DNA of 64,000 bases from a virus (IMGVR_UViG_3300047476_000639:1-64000); one strand, 5' to 3'; counted from the first letter of the stretch, positions 17,156 through 26,974 are shown. The notes: generated by a model from the letters alone, not told the origin. Made by a program: numbers and translations.

Positions 17156-17829
17156 AGTTCGGAATCTTTTCAGACCTGCACATGGAGTTTCAACCGTGGT
17201 TCTTTGAGCCTGATCCTGATGTGTTCTATTTGAATGCTGGTGATACTCATCCGCAGAAATTGACGCGCGATTACTTCTATTCGCTATTCAAAGATAAACT
17301 TTTTTCAGTGCCAGGTAATCACGACTACTACGGTAACTCGTTTGCCAATGCCGATATGGACTTTCCAGATCCAGTTTTCTTAGCAAAACCTGATGGCAGC
17401 ACCATCACTATCGCCGGCGCCACTCTTTGGACTGACATCTCTCCCGTTCGTTGGTGGGATTTCAAAGAGTATATGATGGACTATCGCAACATCAAAGGTA
17501 TGAACTATGATCGTTACATGAATGCACACAAGACGCATCATGACTATCTGTTCAATGCAGGTGCCGATATTTGGGTTATACATCATCTACCATCTTATCA
17601 GTCGGTGCATGAAGAGTATCGTCACTCTAACGGTAATGATTTCTTTGCTACTGAACTTGCGCCGAAGATCCTTGAAATGAAGAAGCCGCCAAAGCTGATC
17701 GTTCACGGACACACACATAAGCAGTGTGACTATATGATTGGCGAGACTAGGGTGATTTGTCATCCGCGCGGGTATCCGGGTGAGAATGATTGGTATCAGA
17801 ACTATCAGCCGTTGATTGTAGAGGTGTAA
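17152..17829 (+). CDS. calcineurin-like metallophosphoesterase
   Basis: Metal-ligand motifs GDTHP, GNHDYYG, HGHTH. Confidence 0.65.
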   Translation: MKFGIFSDLHMEFQPWFFEPDPDVFYLNAGDTHPQKLTRDYFYSLFKDKLFSVPGNHDYYGNSFANADMDFPDPVFLAKPDGSTITIAGATLWTDISPVRWWDFKEYMMDYRNIKGMNYDRYMNAHKTHHDYLFNAGADIWVIHHLPSYQSVHEEYRHSNGNDFFATELAPKILEMKKPPKLIVHGHTHKQCDYMIGETRVICHPRGYPGENDWYQNYQPLIVEV

Positions 17830-18071
17830 TGATGTTAGAAATAGACTGGGAAGACATCGCAAGATTTCTGTTTGATCTGCTAGATGATATTGACACCGCA
17901 TCGGATATTGCAAAGTCTGATGATAAGTTATATCGTGAGTACGTGGAGAAGTTACATCGTCGTAGATTTGAAGTTGCCGACACAGATGGTTATGAGGTAA
18001 TATTCAAGGATAGAGTAAATGAACAGGAATCAATTCTAAACACAACCAAGACAATTTTTTTTCGAGGTTGA
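17829..18071 (+). CDS. hypothetical acidic protein
   Basis: TAATG overlap with the upstream stop. Confidence 0.35.
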   Translation: MMLEIDWEDIARFLFDLLDDIDTASDIAKSDDKLYREYVEKLHRRRFEVADTDGYEVIFKDRVNEQESILNTTKTIFFRG

Positions 18072-18095
18072 CAACAAATCGCTTCCGTGTATACT
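18068..18095 (+). promoter_or_regulatory. sigma70-like promoter, TTGACA - 16 nt - TATACT, followed by conserved ATATACACATACT
   Basis: Near-consensus hexamers; the same downstream 13-mer recurs at the 20246 promoter. Confidence 0.5.
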
Positions 18096-18486
18096 ATATA
18101 CACATACTCGATTAAGGATAGTTTACAGCAATGATCTATGGATCAGTTGGTTCGATTCCAACATTTGTCGCAATGCGGCGAATACAAATACTATCCTGTT
18201 GAATTCCTGAAAAGGAGACACTATAATATACTAACGTGCTTTGGGATCAGTTCCGCAAACAATCTTTGCTCCATGAATGCAAAAAAGATGATCCCGCTGA
18301 CTTTTAGAATGTGTACAGCAACAACTTAAAAAGCTGAAAGACCTTCGGGTCACAGTGAGTTTCGATTTCTCACCAAAATCAAAAAGTAGGAACACATTCT
18401 GTTGATTTTAGATTCAGTTCCGCAAACTAAAAAAATCAAACTTTGAATTTGACAAAAAGATGAATCTGTAGAAAAGGAAAAGTGAA

Positions 18487-19923
18487 ATGAACTCTTTTGT
18501 AAATGCTATCGCTAACCAAGAAGCTCGTACTGAAAACGGTATGAAGGCTCTTGCATCTACCACAAGCAAGAACGTTGATCTGTTCTTCAAGATCGGTGCT
18601 TCGCGTGGTAAAGATATTACTGCCGACTTTACCAGCGCATATGTTGAAGATCGTGACACTGCGCTTCGTATTGCACAGTGGGCCCGCGATATCCGTGGTG
18701 GTGCTGGTGAACGTAAGCTATTTCATGACATTATCAACAATCTCATCAACTCTGATGAAGCTGCTGCAATAGCACTGCTTCGCAAGGCTCCTGATCTTGG
18801 TCGTTGGGATGATGTTTTGGTGGCCATCGGCGCGCAGGGTGCAGTTGGTGATGCCGCTGTATCGATGATCAAGTCTTCACTCGACAAGGGTGATGGTCTG
18901 TGTGCGAAGTGGATGCCACGTAAGGGCGCTCTTGCAGCAACTCTTCGTGAGAAGCTTGGATGGACTCCGAAGTATTATCGTAAGCGTCTTGTAGAACTGA
19001 CAAAGGTTGTTGAAACACAGATGTGTGCTAATGATTGGGACAACATCAATTTCAACCACGTTCCTTCTGTTGCTTCTGCTCGTTACAAGAAGGCGTTCAA
19101 GCGTCACACTGCAAAGTATGCTGAGTGGACTACAAAGCTCGTTTCTACTGATCCTTCTGTTCGTGCAGAAGTAAAGGTAAATGCTGGTGCTGTGTATCCT
19201 TATGATGTAATCAAGGGTTTGTCTGCTTATGGCATCAACTATGATAAGTCTAACCTTGATCATATCGTTGCACAGTGGGAAGCTTTGCCTAACTTCGTTG
19301 GTGATGCATCTATTCTACCAATCGTAGACGTTTCTGGTTCAATGGCCTGCAAGGCCGGCGGGTATCAGTCTAAGAGCATGACTACTTGCTTGGATGTCTC
19401 TGTGTCGCTTGGTCTTTACCTTGCAGATAAGAACAAGGGTGTATTTAAGGATACATTCTTGACCTTCTCTACTAAGCCACAGCTTGTTACTCTCAAGGGC
19501 AACATCGTTCAGAAGATCGAACAGATGATCCGCGTTGACTGGGAGATGGACACCAATCTACATGCTGCAATCAAGAAGATCCTTGATGTGGCTATTAAGG
19601 GTAAAGTTCCTCAGTCTGATATGCCAAAGATGCTGCTGATCCTCTCAGACATGCAGTTCAATGGTTGCGTTGAGTATGATGACAGCGCGATTGAAATGAT
19701 CCGCCGTAAGTATACTGATGCCGGCTATGAAATGCCGAAGGTCGTGTTCTGGAACCTGAACGCACATGAAAATGTGCCTGTTAAGGAGAACGAGAACGGA
19801 GTTGCTCTGGTATCTGGCTTCTCGCCATCTATCGTGAAGAGCGTTCTCGCTGCCGATCTATCCGGTTTCACTCCAGAAGCCATCATGCGTAAGACCATCA
19901 TGGTCGAGCGTTACGACTACTAA
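18487..19923 (+). CDS. vWA-like (possibly DUF2828-type) domain protein
   Basis: MIDAS-like VDVSGSM; about 480 aa; long 5' leader upstream. Confidence 0.45.
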   Translation: MNSFVNAIANQEARTENGMKALASTTSKNVDLFFKIGASRGKDITADFTSAYVEDRDTALRIAQWARDIRGGAGERKLFHDIINNLINSDEAAAIALLRKAPDLGRWDDVLVAIGAQGAVGDAAVSMIKSSLDKGDGLCAKWMPRKGALAATLREKLGWTPKYYRKRLVELTKVVETQMCANDWDNINFNHVPSVASARYKKAFKRHTAKYAEWTTKLVSTDPSVRAEVKVNAGAVYPYDVIKGLSAYGINYDKSNLDHIVAQWEALPNFVGDASILPIVDVSGSMACKAGGYQSKSMTTCLDVSVSLGLYLADKNKGVFKDTFLTFSTKPQLVTLKGNIVQKIEQMIRVDWEMDTNLHAAIKKILDVAIKGKVPQSDMPKMLLILSDMQFNGCVEYDDSAIEMIRRKYTDAGYEMPKVVFWNLNAHENVPVKENENGVALVSGFSPSIVKSVLAADLSGFTPEAIMRKTIMVERYDY

Positions 19924-19926
19924 TAA

Positions 19927-19950
19927 AGGGAGCTTCGGCTCCCTTTTCCC
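19927..19950 (+). terminator. rho-independent terminator with UUCG tetraloop
   Basis: AGGGAGC-TTCG-GCTCCCT followed by TTT. Confidence 0.5.
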
Positions 19951-19974
19951 TCCCTCACATAAGGAAATCATGAC

Positions 19975-20256
19975 ATGAATGAACTACAGTGGAAGGCAGC
20001 TAAGAAGGCAGCCTTGGCAGTGCTTATCGCAATTTGTGTGATTACCATCATGGCCCTTTCTGCAAAAATTGGAATTCTCATATTGGTTCTTGGTGCTGTT
20101 GCTGCCGCAGCATATTGCATTTCTATGGAAATGGAACAGGACAAGATCCGTGCAAAGGAACATGAAGAAACTCGGCGAAAGATCGATGAACATTACGCTG
20201 AGATTTATAATCGCATGAAACAGAACCAAGAGGGTCCTGTGAAAGTTGACAAGTGA
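19975..20256 (+). CDS. small membrane protein
   Basis: Two hydrophobic helices (AALAVLIAICVITIMAL and ILILVLGAVAAAAYCI). Confidence 0.45.
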   Translation: MNELQWKAAKKAALAVLIAICVITIMALSAKIGILILVLGAVAAAAYCISMEMEQDKIRAKEHEETRRKIDEHYAEIYNRMKQNQEGPVKVDK

Positions 20257-20274
20257 TCTAGTGAACACTACCAT
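20246..20274 (+). promoter_or_regulatory. sigma70-like promoter, TTGACA - 17 nt - TACCAT, followed by ATATACACATACT
   Basis: Shares the downstream 13-mer with the 18068 promoter. Confidence 0.45.
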
Positions 20275-20308
20275 ATACACATACTGATAGCACGAAAGGA
20301 AATAATCA

Positions 20309-21235
20309 GTGTCATATTATGAAGAGCAGCGCCGCAAGGCATTTGAACAGGAACAACAGGAGAAGAAAGCAATGATTAAGCGGGTCGCAACGTTTGCGGG
20401 ACTTGGTGTGGTGTCTTTCGTGGCACTTGGTATTTTCTTTGGATCGTGGTATACGGTCGATGAAGGTGAACGTGCAGTCATTCTGACAAACGGATCTTTT
20501 ACCGAAATTGCTCAGCCGGGTCTGAACTTCAAGATGCCTTTTATACAGGCCGCAAGGTTCTTCACGATCCGTAATCAGGTTGCTGAGTTTGATCAAATGG
20601 CAGCATATTCATTTGATCAGCAGATTGCTGAAATGAAAGTGTCTGTCAACTATCAGATTGCTCCAGAACTTGTAGAGCGTATCTATAAGGAATATGGATC
20701 GATGGAAGGTGCAGTAACTCGCGTCATCAATCCAAAGGCTCTAGAGACTGTAAAGACCATTTTTGGTCAGTATAGCGCACAGCGAGCCATTCAGGAACGC
20801 GGTAAGCTCAATACTGATATTACTCTTGCACTTCAGAATGCGGTAAAGTCTTCTGGTATTCAGATTACTTCTGTTCAGGTCGAGAACATCGATTTCTCTG
20901 ATGCATATGAAGGTGCTGTTGAAGCCGCTGCAAAGGCAAAGGCAGACATTGAGCGTTCTAAGTCAGAACTACTTCGTGTCGAACAGGAAGCACAGCAGAA
21001 GGTAAAGCAGGCACAGGCTGAAGCAGAAGCTAAGAAGCTTCAGGCAGATGCTGATGCCTATGCCACTTCCGCAGCAGGTAAGGCAACCGCTGAAGCAATC
21101 CGCGAACGTGGTGCTGCACTGAGAGATAATCCTCAGCTTGTTGATCTTGTTGCCGCAGAACGTTGGAATGGTCAGCTTCCTACCAGCATGGTACCAGGAT
21201 CGTCTGTACCCTTTATCAATGTTCAGCCTAAGTAA
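20309..21235 (+). CDS. SPFH / band-7 (prohibitin, HflK/C-like) domain membrane protein
   Basis: N-terminal TM followed by SPFH-like YTVDEGERAVIL...; coiled-coil AQAEAEAKK; start could instead be the internal MIKR. Confidence 0.65.
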   Translation: MSYYEEQRRKAFEQEQQEKKAMIKRVATFAGLGVVSFVALGIFFGSWYTVDEGERAVILTNGSFTEIAQPGLNFKMPFIQAARFFTIRNQVAEFDQMAAYSFDQQIAEMKVSVNYQIAPELVERIYKEYGSMEGAVTRVINPKALETVKTIFGQYSAQRAIQERGKLNTDITLALQNAVKSSGIQITSVQVENIDFSDAYEGAVEAAAKAKADIERSKSELLRVEQEAQQKVKQAQAEAEAKKLQADADAYATSAAGKATAEAIRERGAALRDNPQLVDLVAAERWNGQLPTSMVPGSSVPFINVQPK

Positions 21236-21251
21236 TGACACTCTACGCGAA

Positions 21252-21283
21252 GAGGCGCCCCTGTGAAGAGGGGCGCCTTTGTT
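21252..21283 (+). terminator. rho-independent terminator
   Basis: GGCGCCCC-tgtgaaga-GGGGCGCC followed by TTTGTT. Confidence 0.6.
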
Positions 21284-21306
21284 ACGTTCAATGTGAGGAA
21301 TGTAAA

Positions 21307-21573
21307 ATGAAAATTGTAATCTATACAAAACCCAATTGTAATTGGTGTGTCAAAGCTAAAGAACTAATGAACAAGTTACATCTCAAGTATGATGAGAAGA
21401 AGCTTGATGAAGACTATACGCGAGACTATCTCAGAGCATTGATCTATGGTGATAGTCCTGCATCTTTGAATCCTCCTCTTACCGTTCCTCAGATTTTTGT
21501 TAATGGCCATCGTATTGGTGGATATGAAGACTTTGCAGAATATTGTGACAATCACGGACTTACAGGAGAATAA
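21307..21573 (+). CDS. nrdC: glutaredoxin (T4 NrdC-like)
   Basis: CNWC active site after beta1; PQIFVNGHRIGGYEDFAEY versus T4 NrdC PQVFAPDGSHIGGFDQLREY. Confidence 0.75.
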   Translation: MKIVIYTKPNCNWCVKAKELMNKLHLKYDEKKLDEDYTRDYLRALIYGDSPASLNPPLTVPQIFVNGHRIGGYEDFAEYCDNHGLTGE

Positions 21574-21574
21574 A

Positions 21575-21847
21575 ATGATTAAGTTGAAGCGCACCAGAGA
21601 AATTGAGATTGATATTGAAGAAGCACAAAATCTTGTGGCACAAGTTTTGAAGGAAGACTTTGATTTCTTATCTAAAGAAATTCATGAGATGAAGTATAAG
21701 ATGACAACCTTAAGTCAGGTTGAAATCCAAGATTGGAATAACAACGTCGAAGTTCGTGATGCAATGAAGCGTCTTATGCAGTATTACATGACGCGAAATG
21801 ATTACAATGAGTTTATGGAACTTCAGAGAGTATATGGAAATGTCTGA
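21575..21847 (+). CDS. hypothetical protein
   Basis: ATG overlapping the nrdC stop (TAAAATG). Confidence 0.4.
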   Translation: MIKLKRTREIEIDIEEAQNLVAQVLKEDFDFLSKEIHEMKYKMTTLSQVEIQDWNNNVEVRDAMKRLMQYYMTRNDYNEFMELQRVYGNV

Positions 21848-22121
21848 CTATACTGTTGATCCTCTTTTTATTGATCGTGCAGAACTGAGTCGAATTCTCA
21901 AAGAGAATGTGATGATTGTTGATTTCAGAAAAGCAGATGGTACGCCTAGGATCATGAGGTGTACCTTGAAGAGTAGCTATCTTCCTTCTATTTCTGCACC
22001 GGTTAAGAAGGCTCGACTTCATAGCAATGAAAGCATTTCAGTATGGGACGTTGACCTATCTGCTTGGCGGTCATTTCGCATAGACTCCATCAGCAGTATC
22101 AAGCATTCAGAGTTGGTATAA
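21834..22121 (+). CDS. hypothetical protein
   Basis: ORF; start is ambiguous between two nearby ATGs. Confidence 0.35.
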   Translation: MEMSDYTVDPLFIDRAELSRILKENVMIVDFRKADGTPRIMRCTLKSSYLPSISAPVKKARLHSNESISVWDVDLSAWRSFRIDSISSIKHSELV

Positions 22122-22232
22122 AGAAAGGAAATAAATATAATGCCGCATCCTCATAAGAATAGGCCGAGAACTGGTCGTCGTAAGGTTGGTTCAAAGAAGA
22201 GAAAGAACGCACGTAAGAATAGGAAGTAATGC

Positions 22233-22466
22233 ATGAGCAAAAGCAGGGCTGAACGTAGACACCACCATCGTAGAATGTTGAACAAAGTCAAGAAGTTTAG
22301 TTTATATGAAAACTACTTCTGGAACGAAGAAGACAAACTTCAGCATCAACGAAAGATGGCTGAGACACGAAAGCCCTGCTCTTGCTATATGTGTGGTAAT
22401 CCACGCAAACATTGGAAAGATAAGACAATGCAAGAGAAGCGATTTGATGAGTATGAGAAAGAATAA
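22233..22466 (+). CDS. small basic Cys-containing protein
   Basis: His/Arg-rich N-terminus; CSCYMCGNP. Confidence 0.4.
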   Translation: MSKSRAERRHHHRRMLNKVKKFSLYENYFWNEEDKLQHQRKMAETRKPCSCYMCGNPRKHWKDKTMQEKRFDEYEKE

Positions 22467-22798
22467 TGTCAGCAGACAATGGTGTGTACATTCTGTGTAC
22501 CAAAGGACCTGAGTTTAGAGTAGCATACGCTCAGAATATTGATGAAATCTACGGCGAATTCTCCGATGAGAGTTACAAGTGGCAAGGAGACCCGCACTCT
22601 ATGTTGAGTGTTTTTGGTCAAGCCACTGTTTTTATTGACGAATTTGAAGCTATTGACAATGCAGAGCAAATTGCGCTATCCTATGACTATCTTGAAGACG
22701 GCATCTGTCTTATTCGAGACTTCGATGACTGGGATTTCAACAGGTTAAAGGAAACACATGGCCAAGAAACCGAAAGCAATTCGCGGGAAGTTCGCTGA
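22466..22798 (+). CDS. hypothetical acidic protein
   Basis: ATGTCAGC overlap. Confidence 0.4.
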   Translation: MSADNGVYILCTKGPEFRVAYAQNIDEIYGEFSDESYKWQGDPHSMLSVFGQATVFIDEFEAIDNAEQIALSYDYLEDGICLIRDFDDWDFNRLKETHGQETESNSREVR

Positions 22799-23882
22799 CG
22801 AAAAGTATATGGGTCCAGAACCCGATCTTCGTGGTGAACCGACTAACGCGCAGATCATCGGCGCTTATAACTGGTACAATTATTTTTATGATGGTGATCA
22901 GGCAAAGTCTTGGATCATAGAGTATGTGAATGAGTTTCACAAAACAGAAAAGGAACTAATCAAAAATGTCAACAGAATTGATACTAATCATTGTCGTACT
23001 AGCGGTTGGAATTGCCGTATACTTTCGATGGGCGGCAATCTCCCGCAAGATGTCAAAGACAGAAACATCAAGCGAATCCGTGAGCTTGCCGGTAGCACCA
23101 GAAGCGCCGGTCGAGCAGCCGAAGCCGAAGAAGTCAAGGGCACGCAAGTCAGCCAAGTAATTTCTATTCAAGAACGAGTGGCCAATCGCGCAAATGACTT
23201 GATCTCCGATATTGAAGTCCACTTGGACAATTATTATCGTGATGAAACGGCGTTCAAGCCTAGCGATTGGCTCTCACAACATGACGTTAAGCCTGCAATC
23301 GCACAGAAGATTGCAGATTACTATAAGCCTCTGTACTCTGAAGTGTTTGATGCATTGCAGGGCAAAGATGCTCAGTTGAAGGAAGCCTATTCATCTTGGA
23401 CGAAGCTGAAGCTTCGTGCCTATGTTGAATTCATTAAGTCAATCATCTCTGCCGCTGAAACGCGCGCCACTGTTGTCAAGGCGGCACGTAAGCCTCGCAA
23501 GAAGAAAGAGAAGCCGGCATCGGCACTTGTCTCTAAGCTTAAGTTCAAAGAAAAGGATGATACGTACAATGTCACTTCAGTCGATCCAAAACAGGTTATT
23601 GGCTGCAATCAGCTTTGGGTGTTCAATACCAAATATCGATCTCTTACTGTTTACAATGCTATGGGCCCTGCTGGCCTTAGCATCAAGGGTTGCACAGTAA
23701 TTGGGTATGATGAGAAGACTTCTATCGTGAAGAAGCTTCGCAAGCCTGAACAGCAACTCAAGGCACTGCTTGATGGTGGTAAAGTTGTCCTCCGCAAGTT
23801 CATGGACAACATCAAGTGCAAGTCGAAAGAAGCATCTGGTCGCATAAATAATGAGACTGTTCTTCTAAGGATTATTAAATGA
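22758..23882 (+). CDS. hypothetical protein (374 aa)
   Basis: Long ORF with no recognised motifs. Confidence 0.45.
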   Translation: MAKKPKAIRGKFADEKYMGPEPDLRGEPTNAQIIGAYNWYNYFYDGDQAKSWIIEYVNEFHKTEKELIKNVNRIDTNHCRTSGWNCRILSMGGNLPQDVKDRNIKRIRELAGSTRSAGRAAEAEEVKGTQVSQVISIQERVANRANDLISDIEVHLDNYYRDETAFKPSDWLSQHDVKPAIAQKIADYYKPLYSEVFDALQGKDAQLKEAYSSWTKLKLRAYVEFIKSIISAAETRATVVKAARKPRKKKEKPASALVSKLKFKEKDDTYNVTSVDPKQVIGCNQLWVFNTKYRSLTVYNAMGPAGLSIKGCTVIGYDEKTSIVKKLRKPEQQLKALLDGGKVVLRKFMDNIKCKSKEASGRINNETVLLRIIK

Positions 23883-24280
23883 CAGATAACGTATTCCAAT
23901 TCCCCAAAGACAAGATCGTTCGTGAAGTTCCCCCAAACATAGATGAAATTGAAAAGCACCGAGAGCGTGGCAGACAGAACTATGCAGAAGATATCGTAGG
24001 TGATATTATTGAGAATATGATGCTGCTTCTGGACTCTTATGGTATTGATCAAGATGGCAAACACTTTCAGCGTGACTTCACATTTGCAATTGATGCAATG
24101 CGTTCTACAATCTATCGCGCCATGGCCGTAGAACACACACTACAGGCTTTCGTTGACACTCATGTATCGATCATGAAGAAAGATGAAACTGGTAATGTGG
24201 TGATCGATGCGCCGCCAGAAATGGAAGAGATCATACTTCAAGAGCTTGAAGAAAAAGAAGATGAAGACACGATAGCGTAA
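23879..24280 (+). CDS. hypothetical acidic protein
   Basis: ATGA overlap. Confidence 0.4.
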   Translation: MTDNVFQFPKDKIVREVPPNIDEIEKHRERGRQNYAEDIVGDIIENMMLLLDSYGIDQDGKHFQRDFTFAIDAMRSTIYRAMAVEHTLQAFVDTHVSIMKKDETGNVVIDAPPEMEEIILQELEEKEDEDTIA

Positions 24281-24316
24281 AGACTATATAATCGTATAGT
24301 TAAAAAGGAAAATGTT

Positions 24317-25171
24317 ATGGCTATTCTGATTGATCTAAATCAGGTGTTGATCTCTAATCTCATGCAACAGATCAACTCCAATCCTAAAATCAAGCTTGAT
24401 GAAAATCTTATTCGACATATGGTTTTGAACAGCTTGCGCTCCTACATTAGTCAGTTCAAAGAGAAATATGGTGAAATCATCATCGCATGTGATAACAAGC
24501 GGTTCTGGCGGCGCGATGTATTTCCTCTATACAAGGCTAATCGTAAGAAAGCCAGAGAAGAATCCGGTTTTGATTGGGGGTTGATCTTCGAAACTCTCAA
24601 TAAGATCCGTGAAGAACTCAAAGAAAACTTCCCATACAAAGTGATTGATGTAGACGGTGCAGAAGCAGATGATGTGATCGCCGTGATTGCTGCACGTAAA
24701 GCGCCGCATGAGGAGGTGCTTATTCTTTCTTCAGATAAGGACTTTGTTCAGCTTCAGAAGTATCCAAATGTGAAGCAGTATAGTCCGATACTCAAGCGAT
24801 ATGTTGAGACTGACGATCCCAAAAAGTATATCAAAGAACATATTATTCGTGGTGATCGCGGTGATGGTATTCCAAACTTTCTGTCCGCTGATAATGTCTT
24901 TGCTATCGGTGAACGACAGAAGGTCATAAATACCAAGAAGCTTAATGAATGGCTTAGTAAAGCTCCAGAAGAGTTTTGCACTACCGAGATCATGCTGAGG
25001 AACTACAAGCGAAACCAGATGCTGGTTGATCTTGATTACATTCCTGAGACGATCAAGGCTCAGATCATTGACAGTTATGATAATGTGAAAGTGGCTAGCA
25101 GGACGAACTTGTTTAACTACTTCGTTGATAAAGGTCTGAGAAATCTATTTGATGTTATACAGGAGTTTTAA
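24317..25171 (+). CDS. rnh: RNase H / 5'-3' flap exonuclease (T4 rnh homologue)
   Basis: Several blocks near-identical to T4 RNase H: FWRRDVFPLYKANRKKAREES, DKDFVQLQKYPNVKQYSP, LVDLDYIPE, YFVDKGLRNLFDVIQEF. Confidence 0.85.
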   Translation: MAILIDLNQVLISNLMQQINSNPKIKLDENLIRHMVLNSLRSYISQFKEKYGEIIIACDNKRFWRRDVFPLYKANRKKAREESGFDWGLIFETLNKIREELKENFPYKVIDVDGAEADDVIAVIAARKAPHEEVLILSSDKDFVQLQKYPNVKQYSPILKRYVETDDPKKYIKEHIIRGDRGDGIPNFLSADNVFAIGERQKVINTKKLNEWLSKAPEEFCTTEIMLRNYKRNQMLVDLDYIPETIKAQIIDSYDNVKVASRTNLFNYFVDKGLRNLFDVIQEF

Positions 25172-25608
25172 TGAGTAATAAAAATATCTATGAGGTGTTT
25201 GATGATTTCATCAATGCACCCACACGCGAAGAGAAGATCGCAGTGCTACACCGCAATAAGGGTAATGCACTAGACGCCGTTCTGCGAGGCACGTTTCATC
25301 CATATATCAAATATGTTTTTGATGAGATTCCGCCGTATCAGAAGTCCGATGCCCCAGTTGGATTAGGCTACACATCACTACATCAGGAACTCAGTCGAGT
25401 TTACCTGTTCGAAGAAAATAATCCACGGGTCTCCACCAATCTCACACTAGACAGAAAGAAGTATCTGCTGGTACAGATGTTAGAGGCTCTTGAAGCAAGA
25501 GAGGCAGAAGTGCTGGCCAATATGTTGATGAAGCGACAATCGGTCAAAGGTCTGACATACAAGTTGGTACAAGAAGCTTTTCCTGGAATGTTACCTGATG
25601 ATTATTGA
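25171..25608 (+). CDS. hypothetical protein
   Basis: TAATG overlap. Confidence 0.4.
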   Translation: MSNKNIYEVFDDFINAPTREEKIAVLHRNKGNALDAVLRGTFHPYIKYVFDEIPPYQKSDAPVGLGYTSLHQELSRVYLFEENNPRVSTNLTLDRKKYLLVQMLEALEAREAEVLANMLMKRQSVKGLTYKLVQEAFPGMLPDDY

Positions 25609-25643
25609 TTGCTCTTCGTTATGCTGTTTCACAAGGATGAGAA

Positions 25644-26045
25644 ATGGCAAAGAGGCACTACAGGTCAAAACTAGAAAAGGTTATGCAAGAGAAGTGTGAA
25701 CTAAATTACGAAACAACGATTGAGGATTGTCAGAAATGGTTTAACATCCTCAATCGTGAACTCTTTGAGAACTCGCTGCCCAAAGTGAGTGAGATAGATA
25801 TAAGATGGCGCAGAGGCGCACATGCGTGGTATGATTATGATGAGACCCTTCCCGGCAACGGTACTGCAAGATTGCTCATGAACAGACGATACAAATCCAA
25901 AAAGTTTTTTATTGAAGTGTTAGCCCATGAAATGGTGCATCACTATCAATATACCAATAACGAAGCGGTGGGTCACGGCTCTTCGTTCTTAAAATGGCGT
26001 GACAAGTTTAATCAGAAAGGCTTGAACCTCGTAAAGGCTTATTAG
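25644..26045 (+). CDS. SprT-like zinc metallopeptidase domain protein
   Basis: HExxH motif VLAHEMVHHYQY in a SprT-like context. Confidence 0.5.
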   Translation: MAKRHYRSKLEKVMQEKCELNYETTIEDCQKWFNILNRELFENSLPKVSEIDIRWRRGAHAWYDYDETLPGNGTARLLMNRRYKSKKFFIEVLAHEMVHHYQYTNNEAVGHGSSFLKWRDKFNQKGLNLVKAY

Positions 26046-26046
26046 C

Positions 26047-26214
26047 ATGAAGTACAAAAAGAACCACTATGGAACTCATGAAGATTATGATGATGCAGAA
26101 TATGCGGATCTCAGAAAAGGTCAAAAGAGACGACCTATTCGCAACTGGACAAAAGCTTGGGTGGAACACGAAACCGAAGCAGATGCCGTAGACGATTTTT
26201 ACGTTCGGCGCTAA
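26047..26214 (+). CDS. hypothetical 55-aa protein (not in the ORF track)
   Basis: ATG two nt after the upstream stop; acidic and basic mix. Confidence 0.25.
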   Translation: MKYKKNHYGTHEDYDDAEYADLRKGQKRRPIRNWTKAWVEHETEADAVDDFYVRR

Positions 26215-26223
26215 ACCATTGAT

Positions 26224-26282
26224 TTGCAATAAGGAACTTTTTTGAAGAACCCTATTGCAATCTATTCCGGGTGTGCTATATT
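26224..26282 (+). promoter_or_regulatory. sigma70-like promoter (TTGCAA - 16 nt - TATATT) with an 8-bp inverted repeat TTGCAATA / TATTGCAA overlapping the -35
   Basis: Read directly from the sequence upstream of the GC-rich gene; the right repeat arm coincides with the -35 hexamer. Confidence 0.45.
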
Positions 26283-26314
26283 CTTCTCATCAACGAGACA
26301 GAGGAGACTACCGA

Positions 26315-26974
26315 ATGGCTATCACCCACATGGTTTCTGAGAAGTACGAAATGGTCGACGGCAAGTACACGAAGGTCGCCGAGGCCTACTCTGAGACGAT
26401 TGCTCATGGTTGTGTGCTTGAAACTGGCACCCGTTCGTGCCGTATCATGTCCGATGTCTGGGGTTCTGAGAAGTACGCGCTGTACTGGGACGCTGTTGAG
26501 AAGAAGCCTGTCATGGACATTCTCGACACTTGCGACTACAACTGGTACTGGGGCGACAAGGTTTCTGCCACTGTTGATGCTACTCCTGAAGTCAAGGAAG
26601 CGTATCGCCACTATCGCGTGAGCCGTCAGTTTGAGCGTATGCTTGAAGAGTCGCAGCATACTGCGAAGCAGATTGAGAAGGGTTGCGTTGCAAAGGTTAC
26701 TCGCGGCAAGACTGCTGTTGGTACTCAGGGCAAGGTAATCGCAGTGATCAAGGCCAGCTACGGCATGGGCTATCGCGCTTCTGTTGAGAACAAGCTTGGC
26801 ATTGCAACTTCTGATGTCACGTACAAGAAGGCACTTCCGAACGGCAAAGTGGTTGATGCACACAAGGACGTTGTGTGGGTTTGGGCCCGCAACTGTGTTC
26901 GTGTTGATATTGCTGAAGTCAACGAACATGAAGTGTGGCTTCAGGCTGAAAAGCATTTCCCCCGGGCTGCTTGA
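26315..26974 (+). CDS. hypothetical protein in the second GC-rich island
   Basis: ATG with gaggagac RBS; third-position G/C bias; the + strand is chosen over a 290-aa antisense ORF. Confidence 0.5.
   Translation: MAITHMVSEKYEMVDGKYTKVAEAYSETIAHGCVLETGTRSCRIMSDVWGSEKYALYWDAVEKKPVMDILDTCDYNWYWGDKVSATVDATPEVKEAYRHYRVSRQFERMLEESQHTAKQIEKGCVAKVTRGKTAVGTQGKVIAVIKASYGMGYRASVENKLGIATSDVTYKKALPNGKVVDAHKDVVWVWARNCVRVDIAEVNEHEVWLQAEKHFPRAA

Noticed and set aside
18130-18190. Possible tRNA suggested by a canonical T-arm GTTGG-TTCGATT-CCAAC
   Set aside because: No seven-nt acceptor partner (GACAAAT) at the right distance. No anticodon stem-loop with a 7-nt loop. No CCA. The best 5' partner is 66 nt away inside the promoter -35 region. 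It is treated as a T-arm-like hairpin only.
18138-18329. 63-aa ORF in the long intergenic leader
   Set aside because: It has no Shine-Dalgarno sequence and an odd Cys-rich, low-complexity sequence. It overlaps the structured RNA elements, so the region is more likely non-coding.
22966-23160. Embedded alternate-frame ORF encoding a TM helix plus basic tail inside the 374-aa gene
   Set aside because: There is no independent RBS or other evidence. It could be an overprinted gene, but by default it is treated as a chance ORF. Ribosome profiling could revisit this.
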